Translations under genes and position numbers: made by a program
Source of the DNA: Chloroflexota bacterium
GTDB lineage: Bacteria > Chloroflexota > Limnocylindria > Limnocylindrales > CSP1-4
DNA length: 64,000 nt
Assembly (NCBI GenBank): GCA_037446495.1
Contig: JBBIIL010000004.1
Location: 75,916 to 139,915 of the forward strand
Direction: 5' to 3'
The notes under the pieces: generated by a model
Told to the model about the DNA's origin: nothing
What the model saw: the letters and a program-made list of their open reading frames with translations, nothing else
Database searches by the model: none
Shown here: in pieces, positions 9,147 to 18,920 of the stretch
Layout of the letters: each line of letters starts with the position of its first letter
How positions within the stretch are numbered: the stretch's first letter is position 1

Positions 9147-11468
9147 CTACCTTCGGCTTGCGCGGCCCTTGCCCCGCATGAACAGCAGGCGGACCAGGGA
9201 GACCCGCAAGCGCCGCATCGCCGCCGCCACCGCGTGCTCCCGCTCGGGCGTGAGCTCGACCCGGGCGTAGGTCGCCTCGACCTTCGCGTCGGCGATCACG
9301 GTGATGTCGGGCCTCGCCATGGGGACGAGGTCGGCCAGCGAGGACGCGTACTCGTAGACGGTCTGGGTGGGCCGGGGCGCGAACCCGAACCGGGACGCGG
9401 TCGTTGACACCGCCGTCCAGGCGGTGTCCGCGCTCACCTCGCCCCGAGGCCCGCGGTACCAGGCCGCCACGATGAGCGCGCCCAGCGAGCCCGCCAGCAG
9501 CACCGCGATGAGCGCCGCGAGCAGGCGGTCGGTTGGCTGGGGCGCGGACGGCGGCGGCGTGCTGCCAGCCTGGCCAGCACCCGGCTCGAAGACGCGGCGC
9601 GTGGGCCGCGGCGTGCCATCTGCCGTGCCGCCGCTCGGGAGCGGGATCGAGGCCGTCGGCACCGGCGGCCCCAGCGGGATCGACTCCGGCTGGCTGACGC
9701 CGCCGCCGGTGGGATCGAACGAGACCCAGCCATAGCCCGGGAAGAAGACCTCGACCCAGGCGTGGGCCTGCTTGTTGCGGATCGTCTCCTGCCCGTTCAC
9801 GATCTTGGACGACAGGAAGCCTTGGACCAGGCGCGTGGGGATCGGGTTCGAGGGGTTGGCCGCACGCAGCAGCACGGCCATGGTCGTCGCGTAGTGGAGG
9901 CAGTAGCCCTTCCGGTACTGGGCGAAGCACTCGACCGTGTTGCTGTCACCGCAGTTGATGCCGGTCACATCGGTCGTGTACTGGAAGTAGTCAGTCTGGA
10001 AGAATTGCTCCATGGTGGTTGCGAGGGCATAGGGGTTCGTGCTGCCGGCCTGCGCGATGACCTTGGCGAGGAGCGCCTTCGCGTATGGCCCGAGCGTATT
10101 GGGCGGCAGCTGCGTGTACTCGTCGGTCACGTCCCCCGGGTACTGGGTCGAGGCGTTGAGCAGCTTGTTCCCGGTGATGCCGTTCTCGCCGTCCAGACGC
10201 GGCACCAGCGCGGTCACGGTGTACGGCCTGTCCGGCGCGACGGTGTCGCTGACGAACCAGCCCTGAACCCCACGAAGCTGCAGCGTTGAGGACTCGTTCA
10301 CGCTCGCAGCCAGGCCAGGCGACAGCAGCACCGAGTCGTGGAATCCCATCGGGTCAACGGTCACCGTGACCTGGGCCTCGAGGGCGGGCGATGGCACCTC
10401 CGGCGAGCCCGCGAGCAGCGCTGTGCCGGGCGGGACATCGGTCGAGCGCGAATCGCCCTGGACGAAGCCTCCGGGAGTGAAGGTGTCGTAGGTGGCGGCA
10501 CGGAACTTGAGGTTCGCGGCTTCGGCCGGGACCGACGCGGTGAACGCAACGCCGTCGTCGCTGAACCACTGACTGCTGATCTGGGCGGTGTTGCCGAAGG
10601 AGACTCCGGCGACGCCACGGATCTCACCGCCCGCGGGCAGCAGCCGGCCGATCTGCTTGCCGAGCTGCACAAGCTGGCTGTTGAGCCCGGACCAGGCTCC
10701 GGCCAGCGGGCTGGACGCCGCGCGCTGCGTGAGGATCAGCGCGACGAACGTGGCGGCGACGATGAAGATCGTCCCCCCGCGCAGGTAGATCAACGAGAGC
10801 GACCCCGGGTCGCCGATCCGCCGACGCGTCCAGGCGCTGCGCTCGCCGAAGGCGTGCATCTGGATAAGCAGGAACAGCGACAGGGCCGCGTAGAGCACCA
10901 GCCATCCCAGCTGGTCGCGTCGCGTGAGGGCCATGTTCGCGAGCAGGACGAGGCCGACCACCACGACGGCCGACAGCGGGCGGCGATGGCCGAAGACGGC
11001 GTACGAGCCGAACTGCATCGTCCCCCAGACCAGGCCCCCCAGCACGAGGACGTAATGGGCCTCCTGGGTGGTGAACTGGAAACCGCGGACCGTGAGGTCG
11101 AGGTACGCCTCGAGCGTGTGGAACGCGGTGAACTGGAACGCCTGAACGGGATCGATGCCGGGATCCACTGCCCAACCCGCGATGACGGGCAGCAGCAGGC
11201 CCGCCAGCAGCGCGCCCACCACATGCGTGGTCCACCGACCCCAGCCCAGCTTCGGCCCTGCGAAGCCCACCAGCGCGCCGCCGACCGCGCACCAGGCGAG
11301 GCAGTGGGTGAGCGCGCCCCTGCCGTTGACCCACGCAGGCTCGTCGATCGCGGTGGCCACCACCAGCCCGACCAACAGGACGAGCGCGAGAACCGACCAG
11401 CCCTCCTCGGGCGCCCAGCGTCGTTCCCGCGTCTCGCGCCGGTCCCGCGCCGCGGTCGTCGTCGTCAT
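9147..11468 (-). CDS. Transglutaminase-domain membrane protein (TgpA-like)
   Basis: It has a multi-TM N-terminus. The core YRKGYCLHYATTMAVLLRAANPIPTRLVQGF...QAHAWVEVFFPGYGWVSFDPT contains the Cys-His-Asp residues. Its ATG overlaps the DUF58 stop. Confidence 0.85.
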   Translation of the reverse strand: MTTTTAARDRRETRERRWAPEEGWSVLALVLLVGLVVATAIDEPAWVNGRGALTHCLAWCAVGGALVGFAGPKLGWGRWTTHVVGALLAGLLLPVIAGWAVDPGIDPVQAFQFTAFHTLEAYLDLTVRGFQFTTQEAHYVLVLGGLVWGTMQFGSYAVFGHRRPLSAVVVVGLVLLANMALTRRDQLGWLVLYAALSLFLLIQMHAFGERSAWTRRRIGDPGSLSLIYLRGGTIFIVAATFVALILTQRAASSPLAGAWSGLNSQLVQLGKQIGRLLPAGGEIRGVAGVSFGNTAQISSQWFSDDGVAFTASVPAEAANLKFRAATYDTFTPGGFVQGDSRSTDVPPGTALLAGSPEVPSPALEAQVTVTVDPMGFHDSVLLSPGLAASVNESSTLQLRGVQGWFVSDTVAPDRPYTVTALVPRLDGENGITGNKLLNASTQYPGDVTDEYTQLPPNTLGPYAKALLAKVIAQAGSTNPYALATTMEQFFQTDYFQYTTDVTGINCGDSNTVECFAQYRKGYCLHYATTMAVLLRAANPSNPIPTRLVQGFLSSKIVNGQETIRNKQAHAWVEVFFPGYGWVSFDPTGGGVSQPESIPLGPPVPTASIPLPSGGTADGTPRPTRRVFEPGAGQAGSTPPPSAPQPTDRLLAALIAVLLAGSLGALIVAAWYRGPRGEVSADTAWTAVSTTASRFGFAPRPTQTVYEYASSLADLVPMARPDITVIADAKVEATYARVELTPEREHAVAAAMRRLRVSLVRLLFMRGKGRASRR

Positions 11469-12679
11469 CGCGCCAGCACCTCCCCAAGGGGGCTGCCCGG
11501 GCCCACGGTATAGGTCGGCAGCTGGTACTCGGCCAGTGCATGGCGGAGGGCTCGGGAGCGCTGGCGGACGGCCCGGGCCTCCTCGGGCTCCGGCGGCGGA
11601 TCGAACAGTGCCTGGTCGAGCGCCACCACCACCACGCCGACGCCGCGGGACCGGAGTGCGGCCAGCGGGCGGATGAAGGCGGGGTCCTGCGCGGCGGTCA
11701 CCACGACCGCGGTCATCCCGCGGCGCAGCCGACCGATGCCCGTGACCAGCACCTCGTCGAGGGGAGTGCTGCCGTCAGCCTCGACCGCGGCGAGCAGCTG
11801 GAGGACCTTGAGCCGCTGGCGCGCCCCGCGGTCGGCAGGGATGACGGTGGTGTGATGGCCGCTCACGGTGAGCCCGACGGCGCGATTCTCGTCGATCGCC
11901 TTGTCTGCGATCGACGCGACGACATGGACCGCGACCTCGGTCGTGGAGTCGTCGCCCTCGCCCGCCTCGACCTCCGCGTCGAGGTCGAGGTAGATCCACA
12001 CGTCGGTGGTCTGCTCGAGCTCGAACTCCTTGACGTAGATCTCGCCCGAACGCGCCGTGGTGCGCCAGTGAATGCGGTTCATCGAATCGCCGGGCGCGTA
12101 CGGGCGGACGGTGGTGGCCAGCGGAGTCGTCTGAAGCGTGCGCTCAGGTGAGGCATGGGCGCCCTCGATGCTCGCCGGCGGCAGGCGCCAGAACGGCAGC
12201 GGGTCGATGCGCGGGTAGACGACGAGCGTGATTCCGTGCCCGACACCAGCGGACGCCTCGAAGAACCCGAACGGGTCGCCCGTGCGCACCTGGAGCGGGT
12301 CGATGCGGAAATGGCCGCGCTGGTGGAGCGGGGTCCGGACCATCCAGGAGCGCTCGCTGTGGCTCCCCAGCGACAGGGCCCGGCCGGGCAGCCCGGACGG
12401 GAGCGAGGTGGGATTGTGCACCTCGAGCCACGGCTTCGGCAGCCGCCCCGTGTTGCGGACGGTGTACGTGATGCGCAGACGGTCGCCGACGTGGCCCGTC
12501 AGCTGGCTGACCGCGTACCCGGCCTCGAGGTCGGCGAGGCCCATGCGCGTGACGACGTAGCTGCCACCGCCCACGAGCAGGCCGAGGTACACGAGGAAGA
12601 ACAGGAACGCGTACCCCGTGGAGAACGCCGCAACCGTGACGACGATGGCGAGGCCCAGCAGCTGCAGTCGGCGGATCAC
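11465..12679 (-). CDS. DUF58 domain protein
   Basis: It has two N-terminal TM helices. VRPYAPGDSMNRIHWRTTARSGEIYVKEFE is the DUF58 signature. It lies downstream of MoxR. Confidence 0.85.
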   Translation of the reverse strand: MIRRLQLLGLAIVVTVAAFSTGYAFLFFLVYLGLLVGGGSYVVTRMGLADLEAGYAVSQLTGHVGDRLRITYTVRNTGRLPKPWLEVHNPTSLPSGLPGRALSLGSHSERSWMVRTPLHQRGHFRIDPLQVRTGDPFGFFEASAGVGHGITLVVYPRIDPLPFWRLPPASIEGAHASPERTLQTTPLATTVRPYAPGDSMNRIHWRTTARSGEIYVKEFELEQTTDVWIYLDLDAEVEAGEGDDSTTEVAVHVVASIADKAIDENRAVGLTVSGHHTTVIPADRGARQRLKVLQLLAAVEADGSTPLDEVLVTGIGRLRRGMTAVVVTAAQDPAFIRPLAALRSRGVGVVVVALDQALFDPPPEPEEARAVRQRSRALRHALAEYQLPTYTVGPGSPLGEVLAR

Positions 12680-12704
12680 GGTCGTGTGCCGTCCCGGGGG
12701 CGCG

Positions 12705-13691
<987 letters not shown>

Positions 13692-13885
13692 CGGTCTCCC
13701 GTCGTGGTTGCGGCGGTGCCGCCGCAGTCTCCCCGGGCCGGAATCCGGCCCTTACCCTCCCGAGACGCCGCCCCACGGGACCGGGATGCGACGCCATGCC
13801 GTTCCGCGGAGTGTACGGCCCACGGCGGAAACCGGTTCTCGGGGCGCTGGCATCGCGCCGTGGGTCGCGGCTCGTCCTGATCGCC

Positions 13886-14116
13886 TCAACCCCGCAGCAG
13901 CGTCAGCGCTCCCACCCAGAGCACCATGAGGCACCCGATGGCGCCCATGACGCCAAGGAACAGCTCGCCGCCGACGAACGAGAACACCCCCACGACCGCG
14001 AACAGCGTCGCCATCACGAGCGCGATGAACGCGAGGCCGATCCGCTCGATGAGCGGGCGAGGGCGGCGATCCACCGGGCGGTCGGGGTCCTCGGGGGCGG
14101 CGGGACGCGGGTACAC
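13886..14116 (-). CDS. small membrane protein (76 aa, two TM)
   Basis: The N-terminus is Pro/Arg-rich, followed by two hydrophobic helices (IGLAFIALVMATLFAVVGVFSFV..LGVMGAIGCLMVLWVGALTLL). It lies between pbpA and moxR on the same strand. Confidence 0.45.
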   Translation of the reverse strand: MYPRPAAPEDPDRPVDRRPRPLIERIGLAFIALVMATLFAVVGVFSFVGGELFLGVMGAIGCLMVLWVGALTLLRG

Positions 14117-14139
14117 GGCGCCAGCCTACCCCGCCGCGC

Positions 14140-15801
14140 CTACGGCGTCCCGTACAGGGCGAAGTACTTGGCCATGAGGCTGCCGGCCAGCGGAGCCGCC
14201 CGCTCCCCTCCTCGGCCGCCCTGCTCCACGATGACCGCGATCGCGACCTTCGGGTGGTCCACGGGGGCGAAGCCGATGAACCACGAGTTCGGCTCGCCGC
14301 TCCCGCCCAGCTGCGCCGTGCCGGACTTGCCCGCCGTGGCGACGCCGGGGACTGCGGCGCCGGTCGTGAACAGCTTGCCGAGGTCGCCCTCGACCGCCTG
14401 CTGCATCGCGGCCTTGATCGCCGCCGCGTCCTCGGACGACATCACGCGTCGCCACGTCTCGGGACCGATCGTCCGCGCTCCGGGCGAGTTCCCGGTCAGC
14501 GCGGTCACGAGGTGGGGCTTCATCAGCCAGCCATCGTTCGCCACCGTGGACGCGACCAACGCCATCTGGAGCGGCGTCACCACGTCCTCGCCCTGGCCAA
14601 AGGCCGCGGACGCCAGCTCGGCGTCGTCGGCGAAGCCACCGGGCGCGCTGCCCGTGCCGTTGGTCAGGCGACTGGGCGAGGTGGGCAGGTCGAACGGGAG
14701 CGATGCGCCGAAGCCCAGCTTGGCCGCCTCAGCGACGAAGCGGTCGCCGCCGATCTGGAGCCCGGTCAGCGCATACCAAATGTTGCAGCTGACCTCGGTC
14801 GCCGACGCGAGGTTGAGCGCCGTGCCGTCCGTCTGCGGATGGTGTCCGTCCTTGATCCGGAACCCGTCCACGAGCAGGCCGGTCTTCTCGGCAGCGGGCT
14901 GCTGGGGGTACGTGGTCGCCGCAGTGATCGCCCCGGAGTCGAGGCCGGCGATCGCGGTCACGATCTTGAGGACCGAGCCGGGCACATACTGGCCCAGGGT
15001 CGCGCGCGGCAGGAGCGGCAGGTTCTTGTCCGCCTGGAGCGCAGCCATCGTGGCGGCGGCCGTGGCGGGGTCCGCGATCGCCGACGCATTGTACGTGGGC
15101 GTGGAGGCCATCGCGAGCACCTCGCCCGTGGTCGGGTCCATCATCACCACCGCACCCCGGTCGGAGCCCAGGCCCGCCACGGCAGCGCGCTGGAGCCTGA
15201 CGTCGAGCGCCAGCTCGAGCCCGAGCACTTGGTTCGAGTTCGGGAAGAGCTTCCCGGCCAGTCCCGCCACCGGGTCGCCGGTGGTCAGCCCAAGGAGCTG
15301 CGCGTTATAGGCGCGCTCCAGGCCGGCGGTGCCGAACTGCCGCGACGCGTACCCCACCACGCTGCTGAAGCTGGTGTCACGGTACTGGCGCTGCGCCTCC
15401 CCGTTCTGGTCCCGGACGCTGCGTGCGAGCCAGGACCCGTTGCGGTCCACGATCGGCCCGCGCAGGGTCCGGCGGGACGCCGCGATGAGCGACGGGTTGT
15501 CGGCCCGGCTCGAGAGGCGCGGGGCATCGACGACCTGCCAGTACCCGGCCCCAGCGGCGAGGACCGCGAACGCGACCACGAGCGCGAGGCCGGTCCGCAC
15601 GACATTCGTGCCGATCGGCCTGACAGCCCGGACCTGCGGCGGGGAAGCGGACGCGGCTCCGGCGTGGGCGCCATGGCCGGGTGCTGCCGGACGCGCGCCA
15701 TCGGCCTGAGCTGCGGCCGCACGGTCGGGAGCGGCCCCCCAAACGTCGGCCTCAGCGGCCTCGTCCGCGGCCTGGCGTGGGTGGAGCGGCTCGTCCGTCA
15801 T
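14140..15801 (-). CDS. pbpA: Class B penicillin-binding protein / transpeptidase (PbpA-like)
   Basis: It has the PGSVLKIVTA (SxxK), SCN (SxN) and KSGTAQ (KSG) motifs. Its ATG overlaps the rodA stop. Confidence 0.9.
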   Translation of the reverse strand: MTDEPLHPRQAADEAAEADVWGAAPDRAAAAQADGARPAAPGHGAHAGAASASPPQVRAVRPIGTNVVRTGLALVVAFAVLAAGAGYWQVVDAPRLSSRADNPSLIAASRRTLRGPIVDRNGSWLARSVRDQNGEAQRQYRDTSFSSVVGYASRQFGTAGLERAYNAQLLGLTTGDPVAGLAGKLFPNSNQVLGLELALDVRLQRAAVAGLGSDRGAVVMMDPTTGEVLAMASTPTYNASAIADPATAAATMAALQADKNLPLLPRATLGQYVPGSVLKIVTAIAGLDSGAITAATTYPQQPAAEKTGLLVDGFRIKDGHHPQTDGTALNLASATEVSCNIWYALTGLQIGGDRFVAEAAKLGFGASLPFDLPTSPSRLTNGTGSAPGGFADDAELASAAFGQGEDVVTPLQMALVASTVANDGWLMKPHLVTALTGNSPGARTIGPETWRRVMSSEDAAAIKAAMQQAVEGDLGKLFTTGAAVPGVATAGKSGTAQLGGSGEPNSWFIGFAPVDHPKVAIAVIVEQGGRGGERAAPLAGSLMAKYFALYGTP

Positions 15802-17255
15802 CGCGCCCGCTCGCGGTGGAACCCGGCCCAGCGTCGGCTGCGAGGTGGGGGCGGCGGCACAACGCCCCGGTCCGACAGGGCGAGCAGCAGCCCCACGGCG
15901 ATCGCGTTGGCCAGCAGCGATGAGCCGCCATACGAGATGAACGGCAGCGTGATCCCGGTCAGCGGGATGAGCTTGAGGTTCCCCGCCGCGATGATGAACG
16001 CCTGGATCCCGATGACGAGGCTCAGGCCCGCCGCCAGCAGCGCCCTGAACTCGTCGTGCGCCGCGGCGGCGATCCGCAGGCCGCGCTCCACGATCACCAG
16101 GTAGAGCCCGAAGATGGCGAGCAGCCCAACGAGGCCCAGCTCCTCACCGAGCGCCGCGAGCGGGTAGTCGGTGTGGACGGCCGGCACAGGCAGGTTCCCG
16201 CCGATCGTCGGGAGGCCTGCGCCCAGGCCCACGCCGAGCAGCCCACCGCGCGCGAATGCGTACAGGGCCTGGACAGTCTGGAAGCCGGAGTTCAACGGGT
16301 CGCGGAACGGGTTCAGCCAGTTGTCCACGCGCTGCTGGACGTGGCCGAAGAGGTGGTACAGGACGAACGACCCAGCCACGAACAGCACGAGGCCCCACAG
16401 AACGTACGACACGCGTCCGGTGGCGACGAACAGGAGCGCGAGGAACACCGCGAAGAACAGGAGGGCTGCGCCGAGGTCGCGCTGCACCACGACGATGCCG
16501 AGGGCGATGGCCCACATCGCGACCATCGGGGCGAGGTACGGGACCGGCGGCAGGCGCAACGGTCCGACCTTCGTGCTCTCCACGGCGAGCAGTGAGCGGT
16601 TCTCGGACAGGTAGGCGGCAAGGAACACCACCAGGATCACCTTGAGCAACTCGGACGGCTGACCGCTGACGGGGCCGATGGACAGCGTAAGCCTGGCGCC
16701 GTTGACATCGGAGCCGAACACGAATGTCATCGCCAGGAGCGCGATCCCGGCCGCAGCCCAGGTGTATTTGTAGGCGCGGAGCCAGCGGTCGGAGCGAACG
16801 AACAGGGCGAGGCCGGTCATCACCGCCAGCGAGATGAGCAACCACAGCAGCTGGAGCTGGCCCAGCTTGAGGTCGAGGGAGCCGATCGACTGCGTCACGA
16901 GGCCCTGCGGCAGGCGCTGCATGAGCAGCAGGCCGATACCGCCCAGCATCCCGACGGCCGGAAGCAGGATCTGGTCGGTCCGGCGCCCCGCGAGCACGAA
17001 CACGAGGTGGATCAGAAGCAGCACGGCGATATAGACGCCAAGCCCGCGTGGGTCGGGCGGGGCGAACCCGAACGAGGCGAGCTTCTCGCCCGTCGCCTGG
17101 GCCCTGAGCCAGCGCTCCGTCGCGCCGAGCGATGCGCCGCCGACGATGAGCGCCAGCGCGACGATCGCCAGCAGCCCGAGCTCCACGCGTCGGGTGCGCG
17201 GGCGGACCCGCGGGAGGCGGCGCTCGGCCGCCCGCGCCTGAGCGAGGACGCTCAC
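15798..17255 (-). CDS. rodA: FtsW/RodA/SpoVE family peptidoglycan polymerase
   Basis: It is a polytopic membrane protein ending ...LPFISYGGSSLLANAI. GTG 17255 overlaps the fhaB TGA (GTGA). The longer ORF to 17879 overlaps the FHA genes out of frame. Confidence 0.9.
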   Translation of the reverse strand: MSVLAQARAAERRLPRVRPRTRRVELGLLAIVALALIVGGASLGATERWLRAQATGEKLASFGFAPPDPRGLGVYIAVLLLIHLVFVLAGRRTDQILLPAVGMLGGIGLLLMQRLPQGLVTQSIGSLDLKLGQLQLLWLLISLAVMTGLALFVRSDRWLRAYKYTWAAAGIALLAMTFVFGSDVNGARLTLSIGPVSGQPSELLKVILVVFLAAYLSENRSLLAVESTKVGPLRLPPVPYLAPMVAMWAIALGIVVVQRDLGAALLFFAVFLALLFVATGRVSYVLWGLVLFVAGSFVLYHLFGHVQQRVDNWLNPFRDPLNSGFQTVQALYAFARGGLLGVGLGAGLPTIGGNLPVPAVHTDYPLAALGEELGLVGLLAIFGLYLVIVERGLRIAAAAHDEFRALLAAGLSLVIGIQAFIIAAGNLKLIPLTGITLPFISYGGSSLLANAIAVGLLLALSDRGVVPPPPPRSRRWAGFHRERAR

Positions 17256-17686
17256 GAGTGGCCCCGGTCGAGGCGGAAGCGCACCTCGCCGATCTGGATC
17301 TGGTCGCCGAAGCCCATGACCGTCGGCGTGGACACCTGCAGACCGTTGACGAACGTCCCATTCATGCTGCCGCGGTCCTCGACGTACCAGACACGGCCTC
17401 GGAACGTCAGGATGGCGTGCTCGGTCGAGGCGAACGGGTCGTCCACCACCACGGTGTTGGTCAGGTCGCGGCCAAGCGTGGTGACGGCATCCAGCGGGAA
17501 GCTCGCGCCGACGGGAGGCTCGCTCCGCGGCGAGGCGAGCACCACGAGGCGACCCGGCTCGGCCGGGCCGCGGGAGGCTGCCCGAAGGTCGCGCACCAGC
17601 ACGCGCGCGACGACGAACAGGAACACGTAGAGCAGGGCGAGGAAGCCCAGGCGCAGGATCCACAACGCCAGGACGAAGCCGTCCAC
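17252..17686 (-). CDS. FHA-domain membrane protein (FhaB/FipA-like)
   Basis: It has an N-terminal TM helix plus an FHA domain (TLGRD..VVVDDPFASTEHAILTFRGRVWYVEDRGSMNGTFVNG). Confidence 0.85.
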   Translation of the reverse strand: MDGFVLALWILRLGFLALLYVFLFVVARVLVRDLRAASRGPAEPGRLVVLASPRSEPPVGASFPLDAVTTLGRDLTNTVVVDDPFASTEHAILTFRGRVWYVEDRGSMNGTFVNGLQVSTPTVMGFGDQIQIGEVRFRLDRGHS

Positions 17687-17688
17687 AG

Positions 17689-18750
17689 TCAGCGCGGCAA
17701 CTGCTCGACGACCACCACGACATCGCCGACCTGGAGGCGGTCGCCGGATCCGAGGACGATCTCGTCCACGCGGATCCCGTTGACGCGGGTGCCGTTGGTG
17801 CTGCCGAGGTCCGTGTAGACCAGGGTGCCATTGCGGTTCTGGAAGCGGCCGTGGTGGCGCGAGACTCGTGCGTCGGCAATGACGAGTCCGTTGTCGGGAG
17901 CCCGTCCCAACGTCAGGGGCTGGCCCTCCACCCGGATCTCGCGCTCGCGGCCGGCCGGCTCGGTCACGCGGAGCACTGCGCGAGTGGGTGGAGGAGCGGC
18001 GGGCCGCACCGTGTACCGGCGTTCACCGACGTTTCGCAGCCCGGACGCGTTGGCAGTCCGGGCAATCGCAGCCTCCGGGGCCGCCGGGTCCGCGGGACTG
18101 ATCGGCGGCTGGGGTCGGATCGGCGGCTGCCGATACGTCTCCGGCGCGTCAGCTGCTGACCCTGGCGAGGCGGCCTCGAACCGCAACGGGGCAGGGGCGA
18201 CCAGGACGGCGAGCTCGTCCACCATGAGGACCCGGACTGGCAGGGGGGCCACTGGCTCCCGGTCAGCGGGCCATGACGCTCCGGGGTCGCCCGAGGAGGA
18301 CGCCGGCTCGGGCACCGCGATGACCTGGGCGACGACGGAGGCCACCACGACGGCCGGAGGCGGCGCGGCCGTGGCCCGCGCGATGCTCGCGTCCACCTCG
18401 ACCACCCCGCGCTCGACGATCGGATCGGCCACGACGCTCACCGTCGGGCGCGTGGAGACGTGGTACCCGTGGAGCCGCGCGAAGGCGAGGGCGCGGTCGG
18501 CGAGGCGCGCCGCCAGCGCTTCATACCCGCCGTCCTCACCTGCCAGGTCATCGAGGTCTGCCGGGTGGAGGCGCACGCGATACCGGTTTGGCACGACGGT
18601 CGAGGATCCGCGACCGGTGCGTCCGGCCTCCATCGCCCGCTCGACTCGGCGTTCCACTTGCACCACCCGGACCCGCGACCGGAACAGCCGGGCCGAGGTG
18701 CGTTCGAACACGCGCTCGAGGAAGCGTTCGAGGTCAGAGACAGCGGCCAT
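17689..18750 (-). CDS. FhaA-like protein (DUF3662 N-domain + C-terminal FHA)
   Basis: LERFLERVFERTSARLFRSRVRVVQVERRVERAM is DUF3662-like. A Pro-rich linker follows. The C-terminal FHA reads LTLGRAPDNGLVIADARVSRHHGRFQ...DLGSTNGTRVNG. I placed the start at the internal Met (MAAVSD). Confidence 0.85.
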   Translation of the reverse strand: MAAVSDLERFLERVFERTSARLFRSRVRVVQVERRVERAMEAGRTGRGSSTVVPNRYRVRLHPADLDDLAGEDGGYEALAARLADRALAFARLHGYHVSTRPTVSVVADPIVERGVVEVDASIARATAAPPPAVVVASVVAQVIAVPEPASSSGDPGASWPADREPVAPLPVRVLMVDELAVLVAPAPLRFEAASPGSAADAPETYRQPPIRPQPPISPADPAAPEAAIARTANASGLRNVGERRYTVRPAAPPPTRAVLRVTEPAGREREIRVEGQPLTLGRAPDNGLVIADARVSRHHGRFQNRNGTLVYTDLGSTNGTRVNGIRVDEIVLGSGDRLQVGDVVVVVEQLPR

Positions 18751-18920
18751 CGCACACGGAACCGTACCAGAGACCACCGGGGACTCTCGCCGAAACCCAA
18801 CCATCGGCGGAGCGCACCGGTACCTCGGAGATAGGCTCGGTGGACGGGGCTGGCTATACTCTTTCACTCGCTCGGCCGATCGGGCCGACGAGCGTCCCAG
18901 CGTCGGAGCACCAGGGGCAC

